The translations under genes were made by a program, and so were the position numbers. A stretch of DNA of 64,000 nucleotides from Pseudomonadota bacterium. GTDB lineage: Bacteria; Bdellovibrionota_B; Oligoflexia; Silvanigrellales; Silvanigrellaceae. Positions 41,038 through 51,571 of the stretch are shown piece after piece (positions within the stretch are counted from its first letter, which is position 1; the number at the start of each line of letters is the position of its first letter). The notes below the pieces were generated by a model, which saw only the letters and a list, made by a program, of their open reading frames with translations, was not told the DNA's origin and did no database searches. The DNA is taken from assembly GCA_039799905.1 (NCBI GenBank), contig JBDLRP010000013.1, forward strand, positions 1 through 64,000, given 5' to 3'.

Positions 41038-42870
41038 TCACTTGCCTGTCCACGCGGCATCTGCAAGCGCGTGCCTCGAGGACTCGTCATCCGCCTCAAA
41101 CAGCTTCACCAGATCCTCACGGGCAGCGCGCGCCGTTGAAACAAACTCGCCGCGCTGCGAGCGAAAGTCGTATAATTTCTTCAGGACATTATTGTCATAA
41201 TGATGGAAGATCTTACCGGTGTTCTTGGCCTCGAACGGATGAATGCCGAGTTCGACCATCACTTTTTCACCAACAGCAACGGCTGCGTTGAACGTTTCGC
41301 GCTCGATAATACTCACACCGACTGCCATGAGATCGTGCGCGTGAACAAGGTCGTAGGCTCGCGCGACAACTTTGACGTGAGGAAAGTCTTTGCGGACCTG
41401 TTCGGCGATTCTCACACAGCTCTCGCGATCATCAATAGCCAGAACGAGAACCTTTGCCTGTGCGAGTCCCGCAGACTCCAGCAGTGATATTTGTGTGGCG
41501 TCCCCGTAATACACCGAATAGCCAAACGGTCTGACCAGATCGAGGAGTTCAGGGCTGTAGTCAATTACCGTGGGACGTATTTTCTGCACATGCAACATAC
41601 GCGCGACGATCTGCCCGAAGCGACCCATTCCGGCAATCATGACCTCGCCGTGTTCAGGCGGATTCGCCTTCTCCTCATCCACAACTCGGGTTGTCTTCTG
41701 AGAGAAGAGAAACTTCTCGGCAATTTTGAGCAGAAAGGGTGTTGTGAACATCGACAGCGCAACAGCGAGTGTCAATTGAGCCGCTTCCAGTTCGCTCAGA
41801 GCACCAAGCCCGCGTGCCGTACTGAACAGAACGAACGCAAATTCACCGCCCTGTGACAGCAGCACGGCAAACATCCAGCCGTCGCGCGGGTCCTGCTTGA
41901 AAAGACGGCCGGAGAGCTTGAGCACGAAGATTTTGCCGACCAACAAGACTGCAACAATGCTGAGAACCGACCACGTGTGCGAAACGAGCAGCGGGAACTG
42001 CATGGAGCTTCCGACAGCTGTAAAAAATATACCGAGCAAAAGACCTTTGAAGGGTTCAATGTTGCTTTCAAGTTCATGCCTGTACTCGCTTTCAGCAAGA
42101 ACAACTCCGGCCAAAAAAGTTCCCAGCGCCATGGAAAGCCCAATACTGTCCATCAACATCGCGATGCCGACAACAATCAGCAACGACGCCGCAGTGATGA
42201 TTTCTTTTTGCCTTGTTTTTGCAATCCAATGCAGAGCAGGACAGATAATTTTCTTGCTCCCCCAAATGACCAAACCAATCACGCCGAGAGCAATGACCAC
42301 CCGCAGCCATGCCGGCTGATCGTGCTGACCGGCTCCTGTGACCTGTGTCGTCTGACTGCCAAGCAAAGGAAGCAGGGCAAGAATCGGAATGACGGCTAGA
42401 TCCTGAAACAGCAAAACCGAAAATGAATCTTTTCCAACGGGAGAATTTGAAAGCCCGCGCTCTGCCAGAATCTGCAGAACGATTGCGGTTGAGCTCATTG
42501 CAAAACCGAGTCCCGCCACAGTTGCCGACGCTGGCGTCCAGCCCAACGGCAACAAACAAATCGCCACGATCAAAACCGTCAGCGCAACCTGAGCAAATCC
42601 AAGTCCGAAAATCTTGCTGCGCAACTCCCACAGCCGGCGCGGATTGAGCTCAAGACCGATCAAAAACAAAAGCAGCACGACGCCGAACTCCGCAACGTGC
42701 ATGACTCCTTCCGAGTTCGCCAAAAGCTTGAGACAAAAAGGGCCGATCAACGCGCCTGCGGCAAGGTAGCCGAGCACGCTTCCCAAACCGAGCCGCTTGG
42801 CCACCGGCACACTCAGAACTCCGCCAGCGAGCAAGATGGCAACTGTGCTCAAAAGACTCTGTCCGCTCAT
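41038..42870 (-). CDS. kefC: Glutathione-regulated K+ efflux protein KefC/KefB (CPA2 plus KTN domain)
   Basis: 'LGSVLGYL', 'AEFGVVLLLFLIGLEL', 'LLFQDLAVIP', 'ESEYRHELES.IEPFKGLLLG', 'QGGEFAFV', 'GMGRFGQ'. Confidence 0.92.
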   Translation of the reverse strand: MSGQSLLSTVAILLAGGVLSVPVAKRLGLGSVLGYLAAGALIGPFCLKLLANSEGVMHVAEFGVVLLLFLIGLELNPRRLWELRSKIFGLGFAQVALTVLIVAICLLPLGWTPASATVAGLGFAMSSTAIVLQILAERGLSNSPVGKDSFSVLLFQDLAVIPILALLPLLGSQTTQVTGAGQHDQPAWLRVVIALGVIGLVIWGSKKIICPALHWIAKTRQKEIITAASLLIVVGIAMLMDSIGLSMALGTFLAGVVLAESEYRHELESNIEPFKGLLLGIFFTAVGSSMQFPLLVSHTWSVLSIVAVLLVGKIFVLKLSGRLFKQDPRDGWMFAVLLSQGGEFAFVLFSTARGLGALSELEAAQLTLAVALSMFTTPFLLKIAEKFLFSQKTTRVVDEEKANPPEHGEVMIAGMGRFGQIVARMLHVQKIRPTVIDYSPELLDLVRPFGYSVYYGDATQISLLESAGLAQAKVLVLAIDDRESCVRIAEQVRKDFPHVKVVARAYDLVHAHDLMAVGVSIIERETFNAAVAVGEKVMVELGIHPFEAKNTGKIFHHYDNNVLKKLYDFRSQRGEFVSTARAAREDLVKLFEADDESSRHALADAAWTGK

Positions 42871-43421
42871 GGAAGTTCTCCCGTCCGGAGATATTCACGC
42901 AGAAGGTTTGTATAGGCTGCGCCTGCCGCATTCAGTTGTTGTTCGTTAAGTGAAGGTGCCTCATACACAACGTGCGGAGCGGCGTAACGCATTCCGCACA
43001 GGTGTGCCGTTTGATCAAACGGAGAGAAAAAAGTTTTTATCGTGTGTCTGTTGGAACCCGAAGGCGTGTAAGCCTCGGCCGATCCTCCGGCGCTGACCGC
43101 ACTCAGTAGTATTTTTCCGTGCAGTTGATTGCCCTCGCTGCCAAACGCCCATCCGTATTCGAGGACGGTGTCAATCCAGAGCTTGAGAAGCGGCGGGCAT
43201 GAATACCAGTGAACCGGATGCTGAAAGACGATCAGATCGTGTGCCTTGAGCAAACTCTGCTCCTGTTTCACATCAATCAGATAATCCGGATAAATGGCAT
43301 ACATATCGCGCAGCAAAACCTGCTCCATAGAGGCTGCCGCCGAAGCAAGCGCTTTACCGGCACGCGAGATTTTATCGGTAGGGTGAAAGTAAAGAACGAG
43401 CACTTTTCGCTGCTGCGACAT
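42867..43421 (-). CDS. kefF: KefF/KefG ancillary NAD(P)H oxidoreductase
   Basis: 'YPDYLIDVKQEQ', 'FQHPVHWYSCPPLLKLWID.VL.YGWA'; ATGA overlap with kefC; GGAG SD before ATG 43421. Confidence 0.88.
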   Translation of the reverse strand: MSQQRKVLVLYFHPTDKISRAGKALASAAASMEQVLLRDMYAIYPDYLIDVKQEQSLLKAHDLIVFQHPVHWYSCPPLLKLWIDTVLEYGWAFGSEGNQLHGKILLSAVSAGGSAEAYTPSGSNRHTIKTFFSPFDQTAHLCGMRYAAPHVVYEAPSLNEQQLNAAGAAYTNLLREYLRTGELP

Positions 43422-43597
43422 TTCGGATCTCCGCTGCTGGAATGACAAAACTCTAGCAGTTGCAGATTCTGAATCGGCGCCAAAAACATGAAGACAGTCA
43501 AAATCTCGTTACGCAGCAGGACATCTGCCGGCAACAAAAAAATCCCCGCGTGCATGTGCAGCGGGGATTGTGCGACTCAAAAAGCAGCGGACTTCAA

Positions 43598-44101
43598 TCA
43601 AAACGGAACGTCATCATCCAAGTCAACATTGCGGCTGGCAGGCGCTGCTGCTGCGGCGGCACGGTTGGAACCACCATTGTCGTACGACGGGCCGCCACCA
43701 AAGAACGGATTGTCGCTGCCCGAATCTGCCGCATAATCACCACCCGCAGATGTGTCCGACTGACGCGATGAGCCCGAGTCAAGGAACTGAACGTTGCTTG
43801 CAACGATCTCGGTGGAATAGCGTTTCTGACCCGACTGCTGGTCATCCCAGCTGCGTGTCTGGAGTTTGCCCTCGATAAAGCAAGAGCGACCTTTTTTGAG
43901 GTATTTTCCTGCCAGCTCGGCCTGACGACCCCAAACGACAACGCGGTGCCACTCGGTCCGCTCTTCTTTATTGCCGTCCTTCATCCACGTTTCACTGGTC
44001 GCAAGGCGCAAACTGCAAACGGCTTGTCCGTTGGGGGTCATGCGAACCTCGGGATCCTGCCCCAGACGACCAATCAAAATAACTTTATTGACACCCTGCA
44101 T
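43598..44101 (-). CDS. ssb: Single-stranded DNA-binding protein
   Basis: '[17 protein letters not shown]', 'TEWHRVV', '[10 protein letters not shown]', acidic tail 'DDDVPF'. Confidence 0.98.
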   Translation of the reverse strand: MQGVNKVILIGRLGQDPEVRMTPNGQAVCSLRLATSETWMKDGNKEERTEWHRVVVWGRQAELAGKYLKKGRSCFIEGKLQTRSWDDQQSGQKRYSTEIVASNVQFLDSGSSRQSDTSAGGDYAADSGSDNPFFGGGPSYDNGGSNRAAAAAAPASRNVDLDDDVPF

Positions 44102-44415
44102 TCTTATCTCTCCTGCTCGGATTGTGACTGCGCGACTGAAATGCACACTTAAAACGCATCAGACCGACGGTCAACTGCGGCTCTGCCTGCTGCGCAAGGT
44201 CCGATCCGCGGGCGGGAAATTGTACTTCTGCAATGTCAGGACCTTGACAGCGCTTTTGGGGGGCTCCCAAGGGCCACCGGTTCGGGCTAAACTTCAAAAA
44301 GAACTGGCCGACACCTTATGGGTTTAGCTTGCTGCCAACCCGTCCGGCTGGTAAGCCATTGGGTCTGAGGAATCCTTGACGAATCGGGTATTCCCGGATC
44401 CGGCAGCGCAGGAGA

Positions 44416-45384
44416 ATGGATTTGAACCAGAGAACCGTGGCCCGCACAATCCGCCACAACGGCATCGGACTTCACTCCGGCCGGAACGTTCACCTCGAAA
44501 TTCATCCAGCCGCCGCCAACAGCGGTATCCGTTTCATCCGTACCGACTTGAAGCCCGCAATTGAGATCCCCGCGCATCCTTCATCTGTTTTCGACACGGC
44601 GCTTGCCACCCGGCTGGGAACTCCGTCGGCATATGTTTCGACGGTTGAGCACCTAATGGCGGCACTCTTTGGCCTTGGTATCGACAACGCCCGCATCTGT
44701 GTCGACTCCTCGGAAATGCCCATTGTGGATGGCTCAGCGGCTCCATGGCTGATCCTTCTCGACGAAGCCGGCGTGGAAGATTTGGGAGTTCCGCGCTCAG
44801 TGCGTGTCATCAAAAAGCCAGTCGAAGTCACCGACCCGCGCGATCCGAGCCGGTTCATCCGCATTGAACCGAGCAAAGAGCCACGCATCACCTATTCGAT
44901 TGATTTCAAAAACAACGACGTTATCGGCTCGCAGAGCCTGACCATGTCACTGACCGGCCGCAGTTTTTGTGAAGCTCTTTCGCATGCGCGAACCTTTTGC
45001 ACAGCGGAAGAAGTTGAGTTCATGCGTTCACGCGGGCTGGCCCTCGGCGGCAGTCTGCACAATGCAATTGTGGTCAGCCGCACCGCAGGCTTGCTCAATG
45101 CCGGCGGCCTGCGGACCCCTGATGAGTTCGTCAGACACAAAATTCTCGATTGCATCGGTGACATGGCGCTGCTTGGCACTCCCGTGTCAGGACACATCAT
45201 CGCCCATAGAGCGGGCCACGACCTTCATACAGCCTTGGCGAAAATGCTCGTAGACAACAAAGACGCCGTTGAGATCAGGACCTTTGCAGCAACCAAAAAC
45301 CGCTCACGCTCGCGTCTGTTTGACTTCCCCAGCTCTCTTGCCGAGCTTCCCGAATTCGCCGGCCTCAGCCTTGTGACCGGCTGA
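44416..45384 (+). CDS. lpxC: UDP-3-O-acyl-GlcNAc deacetylase
   Basis: 'GIGLHSG', 'TVEHLMAAL', 'PIVDGSA', 'ARTF', 'HKILDCIGD', 'AGH'. Confidence 0.96.
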   Translation: MDLNQRTVARTIRHNGIGLHSGRNVHLEIHPAAANSGIRFIRTDLKPAIEIPAHPSSVFDTALATRLGTPSAYVSTVEHLMAALFGLGIDNARICVDSSEMPIVDGSAAPWLILLDEAGVEDLGVPRSVRVIKKPVEVTDPRDPSRFIRIEPSKEPRITYSIDFKNNDVIGSQSLTMSLTGRSFCEALSHARTFCTAEEVEFMRSRGLALGGSLHNAIVVSRTAGLLNAGGLRTPDEFVRHKILDCIGDMALLGTPVSGHIIAHRAGHDLHTALAKMLVDNKDAVEIRTFAATKNRSRSRLFDFPSSLAELPEFAGLSLVTG

Positions 45385-45418
45385 TTGACACTTTCCTCAC
45401 ATCCTACGAATAAATCAG

Positions 45419-45447
45419 CTTGACACAGCCTGCCTGTGGCTTAGCTT
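45419..45447 (+). promoter_or_regulatory. Putative dnaJ promoter (TTGACA-16-TAGCTT)
   Basis: Same CTTGACA-N13-GCTTAGsTT motif as upstream of groES. Confidence 0.55.
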
Positions 45448-45508
45448 TCACTGAGCCGTAGGGCTTGCCCCAGCGGCAGCAGGCCGCACCTAGCTGAGGA
45501 CCAATCGA

Positions 45509-46645
45509 ATGGCACAACAAAAGCGCGACTATTATGATGTTCTGGGCGTCGCAAAAACCGCTGCGGCGGACGACATCAAGCGCGCCTATCGTAAACTCGC
45601 TTTGCAATTTCATCCGGACAAAAATCCGGGCGACAAAGCCGCTGAAGAAAAATTCAAGGAAGCAGCCGAGGCCTACGAAATACTAAGCGACGGTGACAAA
45701 CGCCGCCGCTACGACCAATTCGGTCATGCCGGCGTGCAAGGACCCGGTGGTGCCGGCGGATTCAACAACGTCGATGACATCTTCGAACACTTTGGCTCGA
45801 TCTTTGAAGACATCTTTGGTTTCGGCGGGATGGCAGGCGGTGGTCGCAGACGCGGCGGAGGCAACCGTGCGCGACGCGGTGCCGACCTGCGATACGATTT
45901 GCAGATCAGCTTCAAGGAAGCGGTTCTTGGCAGCGAGAAAAAAATCGAAATTCCACGCCGCATTCAATGCACCACATGCGAAGGCAGCGGTGCTGCGCCA
46001 GGCACCAAGCCGGTCACCTGCAACACCTGCCGCGGGCAGGGACAGGTCCATGTGCAACAAGGGTTCTTCACTTACGCAAGCACATGCCCAGACTGCGCGG
46101 GAGCAGGCAAAAAAATCGCCACTCCCTGCGGCGACTGCCGAGGCTCTGGTTTCATGACCAAAACGAGCACCATTTCTGTGAAAATTCCTTCAGGAATCGA
46201 TTCAGGAATGCGTCTGCGCGTTGCAGGCGAGGGTGAATCCGGCAGCAATGGCGGCCCCTCGGGCGACCTCTATGTGTTTATCGATGTTGCCGAAGACGAA
46301 AAATTCAAACGCGAGGAATTCGATCTCGTTTATCCTCTGAAGCTCGGCATTGCTCAAGCCATCCTTGGAACTGAAATTTCCGTGGACTGCTACGAGGACG
46401 AGCCGCGCAAAATTGATATTCCCGCCGGAGTTCAACCGAATCAAAGGTTGGTCATTCAAGGCGCCGGAATTCCCAAACTGGAAAAATATGGCCGTGGCAA
46501 AGGCGATTTGATCATTGAAATATCAGTCGAAATTCCAACCAAACTATCCAAGGACGCGGAAGAACATTTGCGCGCATTTGCCGAAAAACAGGGTGAATTC
46601 GTAAAAAGTCACGGGAGTGGCTTTTTTGACAGGATTTTTGGATAA
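45509..46645 (+). CDS. dnaJ: Molecular chaperone DnaJ
   Basis: J-domain with HPD, G/F-rich region, four CxxCxGxG repeats. Confidence 0.98.
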   Translation: MAQQKRDYYDVLGVAKTAAADDIKRAYRKLALQFHPDKNPGDKAAEEKFKEAAEAYEILSDGDKRRRYDQFGHAGVQGPGGAGGFNNVDDIFEHFGSIFEDIFGFGGMAGGGRRRGGGNRARRGADLRYDLQISFKEAVLGSEKKIEIPRRIQCTTCEGSGAAPGTKPVTCNTCRGQGQVHVQQGFFTYASTCPDCAGAGKKIATPCGDCRGSGFMTKTSTISVKIPSGIDSGMRLRVAGEGESGSNGGPSGDLYVFIDVAEDEKFKREEFDLVYPLKLGIAQAILGTEISVDCYEDEPRKIDIPAGVQPNQRLVIQGAGIPKLEKYGRGKGDLIIEISVEIPTKLSKDAEEHLRAFAEKQGEFVKSHGSGFFDRIFG

Positions 46646-46667
46646 TTCCCATCCTGCTCCAGAGTAG

Positions 46668-46694
46668 AAAGCCAGAGTTCAGACTCTGGCTTTT
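46668..46694 (+). terminator. Probable terminator hairpin between dnaJ and cysS
   Basis: AAAGCCAGAGT-tcag-ACTCTGGCTTT 11-bp stem with a short T tail. Confidence 0.65.
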
Positions 46695-46746
46695 GCATGA
46701 GCGACGCACAAGCAGTTCTCAATCGAAAAACAAGGACACCTGCGCC

Positions 46747-48216
46747 ATGACGCTTCAACTGCACAACACCCTCAGTGGAAAAAAAGAACCATTCCGCCCT
46801 GCGGCAAACCAAGTGAAGATGTACTGCTGCGGCGTCACACCCTACAGCAACACACACATCGGACACAGCCGAACTTTTTTCTCCTACGATCTGCTCTACA
46901 GGACTCTCGTCGATCAAAACTACGACGTTCAGTGGGCACGCAACATCACCGACGTCGACGACAAGATTATTAAAAAGGCTAATGACGAGGGTGTCTCCTG
47001 CGAAGCAATCGTCAACCGCTACGTTGGCGAGCAGGATGAGATGCTGCATCATTTTAATCTGCACAGGCCTCAGCACGAGCCCAAGGTCACCGAGAACATT
47101 CCGCAGATCATTTCAATGATAGAAAAGCTTATCGAACGCGGATATGCGTACGTTTCTACAAGCGGCGTCTACTACCGTGTGCGCAAGTTTTCTGGCTACG
47201 GAAAACTCAGTAAAAACAATATCGACGACCTGCAAAAAGGTGTCCGCATCGAGGTCGATGAAAGCAAGGAAGACCCGCTCGACTTTGCGCTGTGGAAATT
47301 CGCCAAGCCCAACGAAATCAAATGGAGCAGCCCGTGGGGCGAGGGCAGGCCGGGCTGGCATATCGAATGCTCTGCAATGATACACGCGCTCTTTGGCGAG
47401 AGCATCGATATCCACATGGGTGGCAGGGATCTCATTTTTCCTCATCACGAGGCCGAAATCGCGCAATCCGAGGGTGCCACCGGAAAGCCATTTTCATCGT
47501 TCTGGCTGCATGCAGGCATGGTCACCCTCTATGGTGAAAAGATGTCCAAAAGCACCAACCACTATGTTTCCATCGCCGACTTTCTCGGCAAGTATCCGCA
47601 GGAAGTGCTGCGCCTGACTTTTTTGTCGGTGTCGTATTCACAGCCGCTCGACTTTACAATGGAACTCGCCGACGAGAACTTCAAAAAGCTTGCGAAAATA
47701 TACCGCTTCGTCGAACTTCTCGACCGCTATTCGGCCGAGGACTGGAATGAATCAACACAAAGCACACTCGAAGTGCTCTCTGGTCTTGATAATCTTGTTC
47801 AAAAAATGCGCGATGGACTGGCCGACGATCTCAACAGCACCTCCGCGATGGGAGCCTTCTTTGAAACAGTGCGCTCCATCAACGCTGGTCTCGCCTCTGT
47901 CGAAAAAGCGGGTCGAACACTCAACAAATCGGATCACCAACGATTGAAAAACGTCTGGCCTGTTGTCAAGGCGTGGCTCACCAGTACGCTTGGTTTGGTT
48001 CAACAGACACCCGCAGAATTTTTTGCCAGCCTCGCTCAATACCGACTCGGAGGTCAGCTCAGTCCAGCTGATATCGAACAAAAGCTCACAGACCGCCATT
48101 CAGCGCGCGCTGCAAAAGACTGGGCCGCAGCCGACAAAATCCGAGATGAGCTGCTCGCACAGGGGGTTGTGATTCAGGACACGCCACGAGGAACCCGTTG
48201 GACTCTTCAGATCTGA
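46747..48216 (+). CDS. cysS: Cysteine--tRNA ligase
   Basis: 'MYCCGVTPY...HIGH', 'NITDVDDKII', 'GRPGWHIECSAM', 'FPHHEAE', 'KMSKS'. Confidence 0.98.
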   Translation: MTLQLHNTLSGKKEPFRPAANQVKMYCCGVTPYSNTHIGHSRTFFSYDLLYRTLVDQNYDVQWARNITDVDDKIIKKANDEGVSCEAIVNRYVGEQDEMLHHFNLHRPQHEPKVTENIPQIISMIEKLIERGYAYVSTSGVYYRVRKFSGYGKLSKNNIDDLQKGVRIEVDESKEDPLDFALWKFAKPNEIKWSSPWGEGRPGWHIECSAMIHALFGESIDIHMGGRDLIFPHHEAEIAQSEGATGKPFSSFWLHAGMVTLYGEKMSKSTNHYVSIADFLGKYPQEVLRLTFLSVSYSQPLDFTMELADENFKKLAKIYRFVELLDRYSAEDWNESTQSTLEVLSGLDNLVQKMRDGLADDLNSTSAMGAFFETVRSINAGLASVEKAGRTLNKSDHQRLKNVWPVVKAWLTSTLGLVQQTPAEFFASLAQYRLGGQLSPADIEQKLTDRHSARAAKDWAAADKIRDELLAQGVVIQDTPRGTRWTLQI

Positions 48217-48278
48217 GCATGCCCAAGCAGGGCGTCTTGAAGTTCATCTGATAAAAAGGCAGACTCTCACACTGATGC

Positions 48279-48355
48279 GGGTCGTTAGCTCAGCTGGATA
48301 GAGCAACGGTCTTCGAAACCGTTGGTCAGGGGTTCGAATCCCTTACGGCCCGCCA
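48279..48355 (+). tRNA. tRNA-Arg (anticodon TCG)
   Basis: Full cloverleaf: acceptor GGGTCGT/ACGGCCC, D-arm GCTC/GAGC with GGATA (A20), anticodon stem ACGGT/ACCGT with loop CT-TCG-AA, T-loop GTTCGAATC, discriminator G plus encoded CCA. Confidence 0.96.
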
Positions 48356-48375
48356 TATTCCTCACACCGGAAAAT

Positions 48376-49284
48376 TTAAAATCCGGATTCCTGCAGGTGG
48401 GGAAAGCGCGACAAAATAATCCGTTCAATCTCAACCGCAGTCTCTTCGAGAGCTTTGCCGGTCACATCCAAAACAGGCCAGCGCTTGTTGCGCTTGAAGA
48501 TCTCGCGTGACCACTCAAGCTCCTCAAAAACCTTGGCAACATTTGCGTAGTCACCGGTTCCGGAACTGCCGAGTGCCTCGACACGCGCCGTTCGGATTTC
48601 AGTCAGGCGGGCAGGATCGATTACAAGTCCAATGATCTTATTCTGGTCCACACCAAAGATCTCAGCTGGCAATTCAGTGCCAGGAACGAGCGGCACGTTG
48701 GCCACTTTGTAGCCCTTGTGGCCCAGGTACATGCTCAGAGGTGTCTTGGAGGTTCGGGAAATTCCGACAAGAAGGATATCCGCATCGTTGAGGTCGTGAA
48801 GCGCTACGCCGTCGTCATGCCGCACTGTGTATTCAACTGCCCAGACGCGCTTGAAATAATCTTGGTCGAGCTGGCGCAACAATCCAGGAATCGCACTAGG
48901 ACGACGCCCGAGCTGTGTTGAAAGAGTTTCGAGCAAAGGAAACAATACATCAACAATGTGCACGCCCAACTGCATACCGCGGGAAATGAGATAAACACGC
49001 AATTCCGGATCAACAATGGTCGCCACCACCGTCGCATTTTCGCGCAAGGCTCTTTGCAGGAGGTGCTCTAGAACCTCGCGGGTGCGAATTTTATTGAAGC
49101 GCTCGATTTGAATTTCGGCATTCTCGAACTGCACCTTCACGGCCCGCACGATGCTCATAGCCGTCTCACCCGTTCCATCGGAGACGGTGAAAACGGTCGG
49201 GGTCACTTTCTCAGCTTCATTGGCACTTCTTTCCACAAACGACCTCGTCAGATGTGGGAGGGACACACAATCCAAACCATTCAT
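48376..49284 (-). CDS. ppsR: PEP synthase/pyruvate-phosphate dikinase regulatory kinase-pyrophosphorylase (DUF299)
   Basis: 'VSDGTGETA', 'HDDG', 'ADILLVGISRTSKTPLS.YL', 'DVTGKALEETA'. Confidence 0.92.
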   Translation of the reverse strand: MNGLDCVSLPHLTRSFVERSANEAEKVTPTVFTVSDGTGETAMSIVRAVKVQFENAEIQIERFNKIRTREVLEHLLQRALRENATVVATIVDPELRVYLISRGMQLGVHIVDVLFPLLETLSTQLGRRPSAIPGLLRQLDQDYFKRVWAVEYTVRHDDGVALHDLNDADILLVGISRTSKTPLSMYLGHKGYKVANVPLVPGTELPAEIFGVDQNKIIGLVIDPARLTEIRTARVEALGSSGTGDYANVAKVFEELEWSREIFKRNKRWPVLDVTGKALEETAVEIERIILSRFPHLQESGF

Positions 49285-49306
49285 CGCGCTCACCTCCCAG
49301 AGGAGC

Positions 49307-51514
49307 TCACCCCCCGTTGCTCGGGTGAACCCTGATTAGCTCAATTATTTCATCATATTTAACCGTAGCCGAATAACAATCCCGTACGTTGCACAGAGCA
49401 AGCGCAAGGGACTCATGGGGAGTGTCTAATGCCTTGTCGCCGCCCGCAACAAAAACACCCTCACCAGCATCTCTGGGGGCCGGACGGTTGCTGAGCAGGC
49501 ACCAGACCCCCGCCTTAGCGATGCACTCCCGCCAAAATTGCGGGCCGGTGTGGCACCACTCGGCCAGGCTGGCAGGTTCGGTCCGTTCAAACGTGCAGAC
49601 GTTCTGATTCAAGGCCCAGCGCACTGAGGTTAGTAAAGCGGAACAAGAGACAGGCGAAACATGTGCTCTGCAGGCGATCGAGCAGAGCGCGACCAATTCA
49701 AGGGCCTCAAACATCTTGACGTCGGCCGGGTCCATCGCCTCGAGCGCACCGTTGGCGGCGCATGCGGCAAGAAAAGTGCGACAAGCCGAAAACACGATGC
49801 TCGCTGGTGCAACGGACTCGGCATCCTCAAACTTCAATGGGCGGATCGGCAGACCATCGATCTCGGCGGATGAATACAGCAACCCGCTGTGCGGATCCAC
49901 ACAGCCCGCGTGCAACCATTTGGTAATCTGACGCGCCCGCAGCGCATAAATATGCAGCCCGCTTGTGCTGTAAGCATCCACGTATGCCTGCAACCAATAC
50001 GCGAGATCGGAGGCATGTGCGCGCCCCTCGGCCTTCTTTTCATATGCCACAAGCGCGGGGAAACCCTCGTCGTTGGCAAAGACCCCCCACAATTCATCGA
50101 GAAGAGCGAACGCGCGTTCGACAAACCGCTGCTCTCCGAGCGCCTGCGCGGCGCGCAAAAGAGAAGACACCAGCAACGCATTTTCTCCAAGCAGCTGTTT
50201 GCGGTCAGGCAAGCGCCCAGCATGCGCGGAACGTTCCTCACGCAAAAGACCGAGGCACTCAGCCAGCATTTGCCGACCAGCCTCGGGCGAAAGTCCGCGG
50301 CTTAGGCAAAAAGCGCTCATCGATTCCGGCTGCACGAGCAGATTCGTACCTCTCATTTGGCCTTTGCGAGTGACACCGAAATACGCCGATGCAAAATCCA
50401 GAAGATCCGGACGGGAATCAAACAGACGAACAAGATCTTCATATCGAAGAGAAGAAAAATTTTCATTCGTTCCGTCGAAGTTGGACGTCTGTGAGGTGAA
50501 GTAAAGTCCGCTGTGCGGACTGCGCAGATTGTTTTCAATAAAATTAAAAATCGCAACGCACGAATGCGAAAAATCAGCTGACTTTTCCGGATTGGATGAG
50601 TGTAAAAATGCTGAAGCCTGAGCATAAAGCGCCAGAAACTGCGCATTGATTTCGAGTGGCTTGCACGCAAAACGATTTTCCGTTGCAGCGTCCGCAGAGT
50701 TCAAAACTACTCCGCCCTCAACCGGATCGACGATCCCTGCGCAGCGGATTTTATCGAGTGCCCTCAGCGCAAGTGCGATGTTCTTGCGCTCGCCCGAGAA
50801 CAACATCGCACTGATAAAGTAAGGCTCAATCAAACTAAAATTTCCGGCACTGGTTTGACTCTCACGTTCGAACCACGCTCCCAGATCAACGTCCATTCTC
50901 TTGATGCTGTGAATCAGGAAACGGCAGACGGAATCGCTGGTCAAAGATGTGTCACCCAACAGCCGCTCGGCTGAACGCACACCGTTTTGTTCGGCTGACG
51001 AGCGCAAAGTCCGCAGCAGCGCCTCTGCGCGCCGTGTCACCGACGGCATGTCGTGCTCGATTTCGGCCAATACCGATCGGCAAACGTGCAAAAAAGAAGG
51101 CTTAGCTGCAGTTGTTTCCAACGGAAAATATCCACCCGAAAAAATCGGCAGTAGATCCTCGGTCAGAAAAACCGAAAGTGGAAAAGCTGCTGCAGCGTCG
51201 TTCATGACCTCGACAATCTCGCGACAGACGTCCGCAAGATCGGGTCGTTCGGCGGAGTCTACGTTGATGCAGACAAAGTTCCGGTTGAGGAAATCAACCG
51301 TTTCGTCGTCTTCAAAAACTTCGCCGGCCATCTCTTCGCAAAGCGGAGAATTCGAATGACCTATGCTGAGGAATATGGGTTTTTTTTCCGCCTGAGCTGA
51401 CGCCAGTGCGGCATCACACCAAGGAAACCAGTGCACCGACTGTGCGACGAACTGGCGCAGATAAAGACTCTGGGTTGACTGCAATAAATTCGCTTTTTGC
51501 GCGCCCGTGGACAT
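49307..51514 (-). CDS. YyaL/SPATA20-like thioredoxin-domain protein (DUF255), divergent
   Basis: 'SLYLRQ...VHWFPW', 'KPIFLSIG', 'NFVCINVD.AERPDL', 'PD.K.L...NAL'. Confidence 0.82.
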   Translation of the reverse strand: MSTGAQKANLLQSTQSLYLRQFVAQSVHWFPWCDAALASAQAEKKPIFLSIGHSNSPLCEEMAGEVFEDDETVDFLNRNFVCINVDSAERPDLADVCREIVEVMNDAAAAFPLSVFLTEDLLPIFSGGYFPLETTAAKPSFLHVCRSVLAEIEHDMPSVTRRAEALLRTLRSSAEQNGVRSAERLLGDTSLTSDSVCRFLIHSIKRMDVDLGAWFERESQTSAGNFSLIEPYFISAMLFSGERKNIALALRALDKIRCAGIVDPVEGGVVLNSADAATENRFACKPLEINAQFLALYAQASAFLHSSNPEKSADFSHSCVAIFNFIENNLRSPHSGLYFTSQTSNFDGTNENFSSLRYEDLVRLFDSRPDLLDFASAYFGVTRKGQMRGTNLLVQPESMSAFCLSRGLSPEAGRQMLAECLGLLREERSAHAGRLPDRKQLLGENALLVSSLLRAAQALGEQRFVERAFALLDELWGVFANDEGFPALVAYEKKAEGRAHASDLAYWLQAYVDAYSTSGLHIYALRARQITKWLHAGCVDPHSGLLYSSAEIDGLPIRPLKFEDAESVAPASIVFSACRTFLAACAANGALEAMDPADVKMFEALELVALCSIACRAHVSPVSCSALLTSVRWALNQNVCTFERTEPASLAEWCHTGPQFWRECIAKAGVWCLLSNRPAPRDAGEGVFVAGGDKALDTPHESLALALCNVRDCYSATVKYDEIIELIRVHPSNGG

Positions 51515-51571
51515 AAAAAAACCCCCAACCCGAACTGACTCGGACAGGGGCCCCTAACACACAAAAACAGT

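Noticed and set aside
44102..44415. ncRNA (SRP) or small ORF between ssb and lpxC
   Set aside because: No SRP helix-8 consensus and no ORF with a convincing SD or composition; most simply a divergent promoter region.
48356..49300. Genomic island integrated at tRNA-Arg
   Set aside because: No integrase, no duplicated tRNA 3' end and no compositional shift.
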